This document shows positions 25,802 to 39,658 of a stretch of DNA of 64,000 bases, in pieces. Numbering within the stretch: the stretch's first letter is position 1; each line of letters starts with the position of its first letter. The position numbers and the translations under genes are program-made. This DNA is from Conidiobolus incongruus B7586. Its lineage: Eukaryota. The stretch covers positions 1-64,000 of the forward strand of contig JNEM01010494.1 of NCBI GenBank assembly GCA_000697335.1, in the 5' to 3' direction. The notes beneath the pieces were generated by a model. The model was not told the DNA's origin and searched no databases. It worked only from the letters and a program-made list of their open reading frames with translations.

Positions 25802-27463
25802 TAGTTGATTATTTTTGTTTAATTGCATTTAATATAAAGTTTAATGTATTAAATATTAATATCATAGAAATTGTTTAATAGTTATATTCAAAATTTGTTT
25901 TATTTAAAATGACTTAAATTTTTTTTGAAAGTCTCAATAATTTTTATTTGATAATATGAAGTTTTTATGGTGTGACCGGATACCTTGATTCAATTTATTA
26001 TCTTATCAATCCTGATACAATTCAAACTTTTTGACAGTATTCAGATTCCAACGTGATTAATTCAAACAAATAACTTTTGAATACAAGTTATTCAATTAAA
26101 TATCTTTATTATTATATAAATAGGCAAGGAAAATGCGAATATAACAATTATAATGGATCTACAGAAAAATCACTGGAATACTGATTAATTTTTTTTCTTG
26201 ATTAATGTTAAATTTACGATATATATAAATTCAAAAAATAAAGAGATATCACAAAAGTTATATTTAGTTCTAATCATATTATTGGCCAATATAATACTGA
26301 ATTGATTCTGATGATTCAATTGATGTTGTTTGATTTATTTAAATATATGATTCACTTTAATTTAAATTGATTGAACTATCAGTATATTATTTTAATATTT
26401 ATTAAACTACAACTAGAATATTGTTATCATTAATTTTAAATTTAATTTTATTATATTTATTATATTAATGGGAAAGACTTTGTCATTAAAAACGCAATGA
26501 TATAAATAAGTATTTAGGTCATATTTAACAAAATAAAAATTATAAAAATATGTTCCTATTGTAATAAAAAGATGTGTAATTAGTTTCCTTAGAACACACA
26601 ACTGCTTTCTTCTACATCATTTAACAATTATAAATAATAATTATTCTTCCATTAAGCGCTATTTATGATGAATACTTCAAAAATTCCAAATTCAAGTATT
26701 GAAAATATGTAAATAATGCAATATATATACGATTATGGTGATTTTTTAAACAGTTTTTGTTATAATAAACATTAAAGAGATTACAACTATTAAATAACAT
26801 TGAATGTAATATTGGGTGCTATCTAGAACTTAGTTTACAATGAATATTTCACTTGATAAAATATTTAATAGTGTATACAATAGTAAATCAGCATTAGTAA
26901 TTAATATTCAAAATTTATATGTTGATAAAATATTTACTTCTACATATAAGTATCAAAAAATCAAAATTGCATCTGTTTAGCAATTAAATATCTGTAACTT
27001 TCTCAAAATTGTATTTTTTTGCAAAATGACTATGATATTCATACAATCATTCCTTTGAATACAATATATATAGCTGAATTTACAATGATATAACATCAAT
27101 CACACACCTTTGTTATCTCTTACAATTCTCAGTTATATTTCTAACTATATATACAAGGATCCTTTGGGTAAATTATATTGAAAAGTTTTTATTTTTCAAC
27201 GATAATTTCACCTTTTAATTATAAGTACAACCTCTTGTTTAATAATTGAATTTTGATAAATAAATTTCAACAAATTATCAAATAAAAATGAATTTTAGAT
27301 CATTTTTGGATAATTATATTTCAAAATGATATATTTTATCTAATTATCAGTTACACTATAAATAATTATTATTTTATTTGTTCTTATTGAAAGTATTGAG
27401 TGAATCAGATAAGGAAATTCACAAACTAATCAATTTCGTGAATGATCTAAAATGAATTAATTG

Positions 27464-27470
27464 TGACTCA
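27464..27470 (+). promoter_or_regulatory. Gcn4/CPC1-type (AP-1) site TGACTCA upstream of ARG7
   Basis: Perfect TGACTCA ~100 bp upstream of an arginine biosynthesis gene and just 5' of TATATAAA (~27482). Confidence 0.6.
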
Positions 27471-27571
27471 GTTTCTGTTTTTATATAAATCAAACCTTTG
27501 GCCTGTGAATGGTTTTTTAATTCATAGTAATAGTAATAATAATAAAATAATTAATAGCATAATCTTTAACA

Positions 27572-28894
27572 ATGCTATATCGCCAACTCACTCGCTCATT
27601 AAATTTCAAATTATATAGAAACTCTATCATGTCTTTTACAACAGTTGTTCAAGCTTCTGATTTGCCAAAAGGTTTCTTGGCTGCTGGTGTCTCTGCAAAT
27701 ATCAAGAAAACCACAGTAAACGACGTCAGTTTAATTGTGAGTGAAGTCCCTACAGTTGCTGCAGCTGCCGTGTTTACTCAGAACAAATTCTGTGCTGCAC
27801 CCGTCGTTGTTTGCAAAGAAATCTTACAAGCTCATCAACACAAAGGAATTCGAGCTATTGTTGTCAACTCCGGAAGGGCTAACGCTGTCACCGGAGAAGT
27901 AGGATTGAAAAATGCTAAAACTATGGCCGCTTTAACCGATTCTGAACTTAACTTCAGTCCTTCTAATAATGCTCCTTCTACTCTTGTGATGTCCACTGGT
28001 GTTATTGGTCATCACCTTCCCATGGATAAGATCGAAGCAGGCATTAAATCTGCCGCCAAGTTATTAAGAAACACCCCTGAAAGCTGGCTTGCATGTGCTG
28101 AAGGATTTATGACGACTGATACTCAACCTAAACTTATAGCTAAGACATTTAGACTTCCTTCTGGAGGAGAATATCGACTTGCTGGTATTTCCAAGGGCGC
28201 TGGTATGATTCACCCCAATATGGCCACCTTATTGAGTGCTGTTGCAACCGATATCAACATCGCACCAGAATGCTTGAACAAAGCACTTAAATATGCTACA
28301 GAACGTTCTTTCAACGCCATCTCTGTTGATGGTGACACTAGTACCAATGACACCTGTGCTGTCCTTGCAAATGGTCAAGCTAATAACCCTAACATTGCTG
28401 AAGAAGGATCTCCTGATTTTAACCAATTCCAATCTGATCTCACAGAAATTATGATCCAATTAGCTCAAAAGATTGTTAGAGATGCTGAAGGAGCTACCAA
28501 ATTTGTCCAGGTTAAGGTGAGGAACGCTCTTAACTTCCAAGAAGCTAAGACCATTGCCTCATCTATTGTCACCTCTTCCCTTGTTAAAACCGCATTATAT
28601 GGAAATGACGCCAACTGGGGTCGAGTTGTATGTGCCATTGGTTACAGCGGTGTCGAAAGCGTCGATCCTTCCAAAGTATCATTGACTATTTACCCTCAGG
28701 ATAAATCAGCTCCTTTGGAATTATTGAAGAATGGTGAACCTATTGAAATGGATGAGGAGCGTGCTTTGGAAGTAATGCAACAGGGAGAAATTAACATTGA
28801 AGTAGATTTAGGTCTTGGTAATGAAGAAGCCACCATGTGGACCTGTGATATGTCTCACGAATACGTCACCATTAACGGCTCATATCGCTCTTAA
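27572..28894 (+). CDS. ARG7: Ornithine acetyltransferase ArgJ, mitochondrial, intronless
   Basis: NSGRANAVTG, STGVIG, MTTDT, KGAGMIHPNMAT (autocleavage site), DGDTSTND and WTCDMSHEYVTINGSYRS; Arg-rich presequence. Confidence 0.97.
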   Translation: MLYRQLTRSLNFKLYRNSIMSFTTVVQASDLPKGFLAAGVSANIKKTTVNDVSLIVSEVPTVAAAAVFTQNKFCAAPVVVCKEILQAHQHKGIRAIVVNSGRANAVTGEVGLKNAKTMAALTDSELNFSPSNNAPSTLVMSTGVIGHHLPMDKIEAGIKSAAKLLRNTPESWLACAEGFMTTDTQPKLIAKTFRLPSGGEYRLAGISKGAGMIHPNMATLLSAVATDINIAPECLNKALKYATERSFNAISVDGDTSTNDTCAVLANGQANNPNIAEEGSPDFNQFQSDLTEIMIQLAQKIVRDAEGATKFVQVKVRNALNFQEAKTIASSIVTSSLVKTALYGNDANWGRVVCAIGYSGVESVDPSKVSLTIYPQDKSAPLELLKNGEPIEMDEERALEVMQQGEINIEVDLGLGNEEATMWTCDMSHEYVTINGSYRS

Positions 28895-29364
28895 AATTTT
28901 TATCACTATTAGCTTAGCTGATATAAAGTCTATAATCTTATTTAATCAAATTATATATTTTTACCATCATAAACATGACACTATGTTTGAAACATATTTT
29001 CTATGTCCTTAATACAATTAGCTTTATTATATCAATCAACATCAACTTGATTTATAATGGCATTTTAGATCTGAATTGATATCAAATACAAATATGATAA
29101 ATAATATGAATCATGTAATCACTACATTTGCCTATCATTTCTTATCATTTTCAATTAAAAAATATCTAAGGTTTAATAATCATTCTTAAACTGAAAGAGT
29201 ATTTTGGTTTATATAAATAATTAATTATCCCTTAAAATAATAAAATTTTAAATATTTAATTTATTTTTCAAGTCAAATTCCATGAATTTAGTCTATAAAT
29301 TGTATTCATAATTAAAATATATTTCAATCACATTATAAAAAAATATATAAATTATAAGAAAAGA

Positions 29365-31362
29365 TTATAGTCTTTGGTAAGCTGGAATATAGGGTGGCAG
29401 GTTATCATATTCTAAAGGTAAATTCAAATCAGGTAATTAGTTGATATTGAAGCAACCAAATGGAACACACTTCATATTATTACCGAAATTAAATAGGTGA
29501 ACCAAGTCCATTTGAAGCGTTTTGCTAAATCAATTATATGAGATTTTAAATTGTAATAAAATTCTAAATTAAAACTTACCTTGGGTTTTTTGATCATTTT
29601 ATCGACATCTTGTTTTTCAGATTCTAAATCTAGAGAACATTTGGCAAAAGTAGAATCTTAACTTGTCTAAAATATAATGTTGTTAAATATGCTTAGAAAA
29701 ATCAAACAAAATAATTACTGATTGAACATAATTTTGAATGAGAGGCAGGCAATTCTGAATTTTTGCCTTGATATCTTCGTCACAATCGATCATGTTAGTT
29801 AATATTGTATAGGTGATAAAATAAATAGATAAGTCCAAAGCCTTAAATATATGATATTATATTATTACTATAGATTAGGATTCTCTAAGAACACAGTCTG
29901 AACTTCATCCCAATCTATTCCAAAACCAATCTTCTTTTTCACTATTAAATCTCATTTCATTAGCTGAACAATTCAAGCAACTATACTTGATTTCATTAAT
30001 AAAACATAATATGAATATAGTAAAAAATAAAATACCATAACTAGGAAATCCAATTAAATCAACAGAACTCGATAAATTAGATGAAGACTAAATTATTTTG
30101 AATTTTTCAAAAAAATGTTTTGAAAATATAAAATTGCATTAAAATAGCCCAATAATATTTTTGAATGCTTAGATAAAGATACTACATTACATAAGTTAAT
30201 TAATTTTATATAATTGAATGTAGTAAGTATATACCTTGATCTTTTGTCATTTCTTTGAGCATTGTTTGAACTAAGTCATCCATAAAGTGAGTAACGTTAG
30301 AATTGAGTTGTAGAAGCAGAGGTTTCCAAATTGCAAGAGCCTCTATGAACACATTGAGCTCTTCCATAGAATGTCTTTTCCTAGAGTAAGATTTGTATCT
30401 ATCCTAGTTATATGAAATTTAAATTTTCTCACTTCTTTCTTTGTGGAACTAAAAATCCAGGTCGAAGAAGAATTGAGGTAAGTAGCTCGTAACCAACTTC
30501 ATTTTGGATTCGTTTTAATAAATCGGTAATAACATCTGAACCAGGAGCGAAATCAATGAAAGATTCTTTCAGTGTATCCACTTCAATTCCTAAAAATATA
30601 AATATAAATATTAATCAATAGGAATGATGATTAGGGAAATTAAAATACCTTTAAGGTATTGTTTTCTAGTGAGTTTATATGTGTTAATAGATTCTATTAT
30701 CTCCTCATCAGAAATTATATCAGGTTCAGGAATATCCCAATAATTATCTCTGAGCCGATCCAGGGCCTAATTAATACTATAATAAATAGAATTGATAAAA
30801 AATGATTTGAATAATATTACTTTGTAGACAGCTTCTTTCAATCGAAGTAAACTGGGAACGGATTCGTGTGTAGCCTGATGTCTTAGATCAATCCACCATA
30901 ATGGCAAATTCATTTTTTCGGCAATTGTTGAAACTGAAGTCATGTATATTCCTTTTCTTTCCGAGTCTGTTACTCCACTTATAAATCTTCAAATTTAAAT
31001 TAATTTAATGCTTGGGGTACGAGATATATAAAATAGTTTTACCTAACGAAAGCTGTTGAAAACATTAACCTTAATTCCAATTGGGAAACCTGATATTGGA
31101 TTGGAATATTTTGGTTAGATAGTTCCCTTTCAACCACCTGGACATGGTGGGATGTTGCAATTACAAAATGAGGTACTTTGCCTCTGCATAACCAAGCTTT
31201 CACCTATGTTTTTAAGTCAGCCAAAACTTTATCGTAAAAGTAATCATTACTCTTTTAACACCTTCTAATCTATTAGGGTGGCCAGGAGGTGAATATGACC
31301 ATTTTGAAACTGTATTAAATTCATCTTCATCGACCCAAGGTACTATTTAGGTATTTTTTCAT
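29365..31362 (-). pseudogene. LAS1: LAS1 (HEPN pre-rRNA endonuclease), disrupted copy
   Basis: IVPW, VKAWLCRGKVPH, LRLMFSTAFVRFISGVTD, WWIDLRHQATH (HEPN) and DNYW motifs. ATG 31362 is out of frame with IVPW; in-frame stops at 29973, 29952, 29658 and 29437. Confidence 0.8.
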
Positions 31363-31452
31363 CAGTGATTATTATATGAATTATTTAATCTGATTTTTTT
31401 TTCATTACTATCAATATTACCTCAATTTATTTTATAATTTCTATATTAATTA

Positions 31453-31639
31453 TTATGGGATTAGAGAGAGGGTATGACCCTTATTAACTTTAATCAAGTC
31501 AGGTCAATCTAAGTAATGATGAAAAATATATAATTAATATAATTTAATATTAATATTAATGAATGACCAATTAATTACAATGATTTTAATTTTCTAGCAT
31601 CTCAACTATTGTTCAACTTTAAAGTTTAATTTCCCATAA
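31453..31639. promoter_or_regulatory. Bidirectional promoter with two back-to-back TCCCATAA octamers (31453-31460 minus; 31632-31639 plus)
   Basis: Each octamer points to its own gene: LAS1 ATG 31362 and pinin ATG 31753. Confidence 0.65.
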
Positions 31640-31752
31640 TTAGTAAATTATATTAATACATTATAAAATCAATTCAATGCTTAGATGTTCTCAATTGTAA
31701 TATTGATAACTCAAATTTAAGAATAAAATCAATAATTATATACATCATTCAA

Positions 31753-33019
31753 ATGACAAGGTATTTTTAAATTATTAGTGTATATTTCCATTATCTAATA
31801 TTAATTAAATAGTGACGCGTCTAAATATCCTTCGGTTGAAATTCAGGAAAAGGCTGAAATTTCGGAAAATAGAGAAGTTTCACATAGAAAAGTAAGACTA
31901 ATTCTTTAGGTGTTCTAAAAAATATTAATTGTTATTTGATTTTTAGAGGGACTCTTCTCCCGAGTCTAAGAGAGCTAGAAAGGAATTGACTAATGATGAT
32001 CGTAAACGCGGCCAGAGGTTATTTGGTATGCTTTTGGGAACTCTGAACCAGAGAAAAACCGAAATTCAAGAGAAAAGCGATACTGTAATAAAACTATGCT
32101 ATCTTTTATTATGTTATTCATTTTTTATTTATTTATTTTAGGATATTAAAAGAGAAGAAATACACAAAAAATTACAGGAAAAACTTGAAGCAGAAAATAT
32201 GAAAATAGCTGAAGACATGAGGAAAGAAATACAGTCAAAAAAAGAAATGGATGCTCGTAGAAGATTGATTAGTGAACATCTTAAGGCCACTACCAGGGTA
32301 CAATATAATAATATTTTTAAAATTATTTCTAGTTTTACTAATACAATTATTAGAGAGGTTATAAACGAGAGTTAGATTCCAAATTAGTTCACTTCTTAGT
32401 CACTGAAACAGATCCACCTATCTACTATCTCCCATACAAGCTAACCGACCAGCAAAAACAAAAAATCCAAGACCAAATAGAAGAATTTGAAAAGAGGGCT
32501 GCAAGAGAGATTGAAGAGGAAGAACAATGGAAGCAACAAGATAAGGACTATCTTACTAACTTAAATTCAATTCCAAATAGGTCCAATGAAAATGAAAAGC
32601 CCGTTGCAAATAAGGATAATAATGGACATGATATAGAAAAACACTTAGAATCCAATTCACCAATTTCAAAACCTAAAGAAAATGGAAACGAATCTGAATT
32701 ACCACATTCCAACGAAGCTGGTGGAAAGCCCCCACAATCTCCCAATCCCAAAGAATCTCAATATAATACTCCAACTGAAACCAAAGTACAGTCAGGATCG
32801 CAACCTGTTGTGGATCCAGAAACTGACGAAAAACTCGAGCCTTCGCCTGAAAAAGAGGACAAAAATGTCACTACAGAACAGGGACATAAAGAGGTAAATA
32901 ATGAAATTCTCGAAAATAACGATACTTCAAAATCCAAATCCAGCAAATCTAAAGAAATCTCTTTATCAAATGAACATCGTCCAGACAAAGAATTTTCTAA
33001 TGAGGGTATTGAAGATTAA
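31753..33019 (+). CDS. Pinin/SDK/MemA domain protein (5 exons)
   Basis: DRKRGQRLFGMLLGTLNQ and FLVTETDPPIYYLPYKL pinin motifs, then an acidic low-complexity tail; first coding exon is 8 nt. Confidence 0.85.
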
Positions 33020-33963
33020 ACACTATTTGCATTAAATCATTAATATATTTATTTTATCTTTTTAACCAAGTTGCTTTGAACAACTCAATATTTTTTATTA
33101 TCAGCCTTATACAATCTTTAAACTATTTTCATTTAACTATAAATCAATATTAACCATACATATAATGATAGTTTAAGTTTTTATAATTTTGAAAAATATT
33201 GAAATATTATTTGCCGGATATAAATAATATATTTTACCTATATTTCGTTTTTCTGACATAAGATCATATTACTTTAAATTACATATTTAAACCAGTTCTA
33301 ACCTCAAAAATTGTTATGAAAATTCAAACAAGTATTTAATATCATGGAGAGGGATAGATTAAAATATTTTGACAATTCACTGTGCTTAAGATAAATTCCA
33401 TATACTTTAAGAAAATTCATTAGATATCATAAACCACTTTTTATAAACAAATTAATATTGGTATGATTTTGGAATAATCATAAAAGTTAATATTTGAACA
33501 TAAATACATCAATAATAAATTTAGTCAAGAAAAAGTGATTAATATGGAAAATTATCAAAAGTTTTATTTAACCAAACTTATGATATAATATTGAAAAATG
33601 CAAATTTGATCAAAGATGGAAAGGGAATTATAAATGAACTAATGTCAATGTGAAAACGAATATAATATATATGTTAAAAATGTCAATCATACAAAATTCA
33701 ATATTTTGAATATTGATAATATTTCTATCACTAATTTATATTTGATTTATTAAATATAATTAAAAATACTTTAAACTCCAAAAAGTTTGATCAAAAAAGA
33801 ATATTCCATCATTTGGAAAATATAACAGATTAAGCCTGGAATGTAATTTAAAATTAGAGTACTATCGAATTATGCCTACAATAATATACAGTAATTTAGA
33901 GATATGTGTTGAAAATAGTAAATTATATACTTGAATGAGAGACATGATATCAAATTGATAGCA

Positions 33964-35226
33964 CTATGATCTAAAGTTAAATAAAGTTGTAATGGAGTAG
34001 ACAACGAGAGCAGCTGGCATTATATACCAATATCCCATTGCAGTCAATCCAGCACCAACACCGGCACCGGCAACTGTGCCAACCATTTGCTTCCATTCCC
34101 TATAAGGGTCTAGCTCAAATTGAAATATAGGATTTGTATGAGACGAGCTTATTAAATCGATTGCAAAGCGACAATAAACTGGTCTATGATCAGAAAGCTG
34201 GATGGATTGAATTGACTGGTAATCTTTGAAGTGCAATGGATGGTAAGGAACACCATCATCAGTTTTTAATTTCTCAGCAAGCTCATCATTTGGAGGGCGA
34301 ACTGCAACCAATACCCTATCACACCATGATGGAGTCCTCGAATAGTCCAGTTGGTTACTATTCAGCAAATATTTATAAGTGGGTGGGAAGGTGATTGTGG
34401 CTTCCCTGAACCAACCTAAAAATGGTAGCGTAGTTCGATGTTGGTGTAGCTGATCATTTTCCTCATTATACTGAATGGGCTCTTCTAAAGGGATATAGTC
34501 AAGAGGATGTCCCGCGACTATTTCATGCTCTTCAGCAGCGTTAACACGATAGTTTAGGTCGCCAAGGATGATTACACTATCGTGATCAGATAACATCATC
34601 TTTTCCATATCTGGATGAGAGAATTCTAAACGTTTAGCAAAGTCCATGAGTTGAAAATTGCGCATTGAACTATCTGTTTTATTTGCATCCAAATGAGCAC
34701 ATATGATATTTATAAAATATTCTGATCTTTCTTCTGTGCTTGAATTGGGTTGGTTGTCAATTGAATTTATTTTCATACGTATGCTAACACTGATAGCACC
34801 CTTATTTCCTGTCCAAAATATACCACTTCCCAATCCTACAGGAAGGACAGAAATTATATTCTTTGTGACGGTTTTATCTCTGGAAAATATAAACAATGCA
34901 TTCGAACCGAACCCTGTACCACTTAAAAGGGTATAATCAGTATTAATATCATTTTGCCTTTCATTGGAGAGTGTTTCGGTAAAAGAGTTGATCTTCTGTT
35001 GAATTTCTATACCTACTTCTTGTACGTATTTTTGATTTCCACCAAGTAGAGCATCCCTCAACCCTAAAAATTCTTCATAACCAACAGCAATTAAATCGGG
35101 CAAGTCATTTAAGTTAAAATTCAGAAACTGAGGGTCTATCCATGAATAAAGCTCTTTAGGATGATTTTGCTCTTTATGAACGTTGAAAGTACAAGCAATA
35201 ATATTTAACTGGCTATTTATTTTCAT
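33964..35226 (-). CDS. Inositol polyphosphate 5-phosphatase with hydrophobic C-terminal tail
   Basis: GNKGA, CAHL, GDLNYR, PPTYKY, PSWCDRVL and SDHRPV motifs. Confidence 0.93.
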   Translation of the reverse strand: MKINSQLNIIACTFNVHKEQNHPKELYSWIDPQFLNFNLNDLPDLIAVGYEEFLGLRDALLGGNQKYVQEVGIEIQQKINSFTETLSNERQNDINTDYTLLSGTGFGSNALFIFSRDKTVTKNIISVLPVGLGSGIFWTGNKGAISVSIRMKINSIDNQPNSSTEERSEYFINIICAHLDANKTDSSMRNFQLMDFAKRLEFSHPDMEKMMLSDHDSVIILGDLNYRVNAAEEHEIVAGHPLDYIPLEEPIQYNEENDQLHQHRTTLPFLGWFREATITFPPTYKYLLNSNQLDYSRTPSWCDRVLVAVRPPNDELAEKLKTDDGVPYHPLHFKDYQSIQSIQLSDHRPVYCRFAIDLISSSHTNPIFQFELDPYREWKQMVGTVAGAGVGAGLTAMGYWYIMPAALVVYSITTLFNFRS

Positions 35227-36422
35227 ATTATTAAATTAAAAGAGTAATAGAGATAGTATTGATGATGAATGTTAATTTATACTATAAAATGGTTTGATGA
35301 TTTAATTATTACCAATTTAAGTGACTATTTAGTTTGAAGTAATGAGTATTTAATATTTTCCTGTGTGATGGATTTGATTGGATTATTTAAGTCTATTTTT
35401 ATGTTTAGAGTTTTACTATAGGAATTGTTCTATAAATTTTATCTATTTTCGCATTTTCACTGGTAAAATCGGCTGCTGTATGAATATTAAGAAATATAAA
35501 TCTATTAAAATAATAACTATACTCTAAAATCTTAAGAAATACCGAAAATTCGAAAATACCCTATTGTTTATTTAATACATCTTGCAATTTCATACAAATT
35601 TTAATGTTAGATATTTTTTGGAAGTCTAAAATTATTTCAAAATAAGATTCTCGATTTGATAATTTGATATTAAAAAGGTCAAAAACTAAAATTTTAAAAT
35701 AGTGATAGATATTAGTTTTGATATACCATTATTGAATTAAACTACATAAGCAATATTATACAATAAATTTATTACGTTCATATAAAATGATTTGCATAAA
35801 AAACCAAAACTATTTTGTATTGAAATTTTTTAGGAAATTCAAAGAATTTGGAATTTTTATTTTATGATTCAAATATATTAAAATTATTTGATTAAATCCA
35901 AGTAATTATATATTTGAATTCTAAAAGCTATGAATAGGAACTGAATATTATATAGATCATTTTAACTACTATATTAATTATATAATTATTTAATTTGGTT
36001 TGTTTATTGAATACTGTTGTATGAAACATAAAATTTTGAATTGCTTTATTATTAAATTAGTTCTCTAATTATGCATAATATTTTGATGATAGTTAGAAAT
36101 AGAAGATTTTACTTTAAAAACTAATACATATAATACTAATCAGTTTATATAGTATTCCAAATTGAATTTTAATCAAATATTTATCAAATAAAATACTTGT
36201 TATTTTTTGAAAATTTGATTACAGAAATATCGACCAATCAAGAATGAGAGAAGTATCAAATTGATTCTGATTTAATTTCAGCCAATAATTTTGACACTAT
36301 ATAATAAATGCTCTGAATCGCGTTTGACATTTTATCTCAAGTTTAGGAAAGTTGGTTTTCATAAATAATACTCAATTCTTTTAAGTTTGTTAGAGTATTA
36401 TTTATTAGTAATATTTGAAAAA

Positions 36423-38984
36423 ATGGCTGAAACTGTACCTAAACCAATTCAACCTATTCAGGAAGATGTCAAAGTAGAAGGAGACATTGCAGCAATAAAT
36501 GAAACTACAGTAAATAACCAACCTGTTACTGAAAATCTGAAAACCCTCAAAGATAATGTGAGTATTTTGAATTTAAGCTTTTGTTTCATATACTAATATT
36601 TTCGTTTTCAAGGCCTATAAGAGTTTTGAAAACACCTATCAGATTCAAAGGTTCCAACGTTTGAACTTCTTGATCGAACAAACTACTCTTTATAGCAATT
36701 TCTTAAGTCAAAAATTGGTCGAGCATACTCAAGAAAGAGCTAAATTCTTAGAAGAAAACCCCAACTTCGATGATTATGTTCAAAACTCTACCCAAAGCAA
36801 GAAACGTGGTAGACCTACCAGAAATACCACTAAAAAATCTAAAAATGCCAGAGTAAGCAATTATTATATGAAATTAATCATTTTTATAATTTCTTTTCTT
36901 AGACTGAGACGCCTCCTATGGCTCCTAATGGTCAACCTTCTTTATTAACTGGTGCTTGCTTGAGAGAATATCAGCTCCAAGGAATGCAATGGTTGATATC
37001 TCTGTATGAAAATGGCTTAAATGGTATCCTTGCTGACGAAATGGGTTTAGGGAAGGTATATATTATCTTTACTACTTATATTAAATGCTTATCTATTGTT
37101 TAGACTATCCAAACCATTGCTTTTATAGCTTATCTTATTGAAAAAAGGGTCAAAGGACCCTTTATCATCGTCGCTCCACTTTCCACCATTGCTAATTGGA
37201 TTAACGAATTCAATCGCTTTACTCCTTCCCTCGAAGTAGTTTTGTATTATGGTACTAAAGACGAGAGGAAGATGATTCGTAAGCAAAGCCTTTTATCCCC
37301 CAAGTCTCTCTACCCTATCATCATTACTTCATATGAAGTAGCAATGAAAGACCGCGTTGCCCTTCAGGTAAATTATATTATTAATAAATGATAATATAAA
37401 ATACTGATATTAATATAGAATATCAACTGGAAATATATGGTTGTTGATGAGTGTCAAAGGATCAAGAATTTCAATTGTAAATTGGTCAATGACCTCAAGA
37501 GATATAATACCGACAACAGACTTTTATTAACTGGTACTCCTCTCCAGGTAGGAAATTTTCTATTCAATGTATTCTTTCAGCAATTAACCTATTCTAACAT
37601 GGATACTAGAACAACTTAAACGAACTGTGGAGCTTACTCAATTTCTTGTTACCTGACGTGTTCAATGATATGGATAGTTTTGTGGACTGGTAACTTTAAT
37701 ACCTTGATCAAAATTTATACATTGTTCTAACTCCAGTTCCTATTTAGGTTCGATTTCTCAGACCTCAGACAAGAGGGAGGCGATGCGCTGATCCTAGACA
37801 AAGAAAAAGAAAAGAGCATTATCTCCAAACTTCATCACATCTTGAAGCCTTTCTTACTCCGCAGACTCAAATCTGACGTCGAAAAAATGCTCCCTAGAAA
37901 GAGAGAGTATATTTTGTATGCCAATTTGACCGAGCCTCAGCGTGCTTTATACGAAGCCTGTGTTAGCAGAACGGCTCGCGAATATTTAATGGAAAAAGCG
38001 AAGAAATCAGGTGCCAATTCGACTCAGCTTAAAGTCTTTAAAAACACCAGTACATTGAACATTGCAATGCAATGTAGAAAAGTCTGTAATCACCCAGCAC
38101 TATGTGATCTCAAAGTCAACCCTGAAACTCATGAAGTCATCTATGATCTGGATACCTTGGTTAACAGCTCCGGTAAAATGATGTTATTGGATCGTTTGCT
38201 CGATAAATTGCTGGCCAAAGGACACAGAGTTCTTATTTTCTCTCAATTCACCACAATGCTTGACATTTTGGCTGAATATTTAATCAATATCAAGAAGTTG
38301 AATTGCTACCGTATTGACGGCGGTGTTCAACAGGAAGATCGACGCGATATGATTGAGGACTTTCAAAAGAACTCCAATGTCAAAGTATTCCTTCTCAGTA
38401 CCAGAGCTGGTGGTTTGGGTATCAACTTGACTGGTGCAGATACATGTATCATATACGACAGCGATTGGAATCCTCAAATGGATCTTCAAGCTCAAGACCG
38501 TTGCCATCGTATTGGTCAAACTAAGCCTGTCATTGTATACCGTTTGATCACTGCCAATACAGTTGAGTCTCATATGATCAAAGCTGCTTCTTCTAAACGT
38601 AAGTTAGAAAAATTGGTCATTCATCGTAACAAATTCAAAGGTTTGGGTAATGTGAGTTCCATTTCAAATGCTTCAATCCTTCAAGAACTTGAGTATATTC
38701 TCAAGAGTCACGAGTACGAGAAAGTAATCATCAAACCGGGAGACCAAGTAATTAGTGACCAAGATTTGGATCGTATTACTGATCGTTCAGATGCTGCATA
38801 TGAAACTGCTGACTCTGGCTCTGGTGGTGCTTTCGAAATTTATGAAACTAAATTCGAAGATAACTCATTTGTCATGAATCCTGAAGACCCTATTTATCTC
38901 TCACCTGATGACTCTGAACAGAAAACTGAAGAACTTGATTTAGAGAAAGTGAATGAATCACTTGATGACGAAGAATCTCAGTGA
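36423..38984 (+). CDS. IRC5: SNF2-family remodeler, Lsh/HELLS/DDM1/IRC5 subfamily (7 exons)
   Basis: [68 protein letters not shown] and an N-terminal [16 protein letters not shown] block. Confidence 0.9.
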
Positions 38985-39658
38985 TCTTTTTGATATATTT
39001 AGCATTATAAATATATAATTATTATCATTTTTCACTTTATTATTTTAATCATATTACTTGATTTTTTAAGATTTATTTGGATGCTTTATATCCATATTTA
39101 ACTAGAGTAGAGGATCTGTTTATGTTATTGTATTTACAATCACTATTGAATTATCTTTAAATACCATTGATTCTTCTATTTTGGTTAATAATTTGAATAT
39201 GCCAACCAATGAAATGATTATGAATAGTTTGAATATATGGTTATTAAGATATTGTATATTTATTAAGAATCTCAAATTATTATGGATATAAACATGAAAG
39301 TCAATTATTATTTAAGTATTTAATAAGTTCAGATATTAAGTAATATTATTATATAAAATGAAGATTTTATTCAAAATATTTTAAAAACTTGAATATATTT
39401 CCTTATCTGTAAATTGAAAATTATTGATTATTAACTTTTCAAAGATAATTTATGAATAATAATTTCATGTGACTGAGAAAATTAAATTAGTTTATCTAAT
39501 TTCTAATGACAAGAAAATAATTTTTTACACATATTGTTTGAAACAGCAGTAAACCATAATTCTATAAATATGAATATGCACTTAAATTGGCTCGTCAACG
39601 TAATTCAAATCTATATCATTTCTCAATAAATTTTTAATTTAAGGCTATTTTAATCACG

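Noticed and set aside
29365..30100. Stop-codon reassignment, selenocysteine or RNA editing as the explanation for in-frame stops in LAS1
   Set aside because: All three stop codons terminate normal genes in this window, and LAS1 also has frameshifts and a damaged acceptor; no SECIS-like element recognised.
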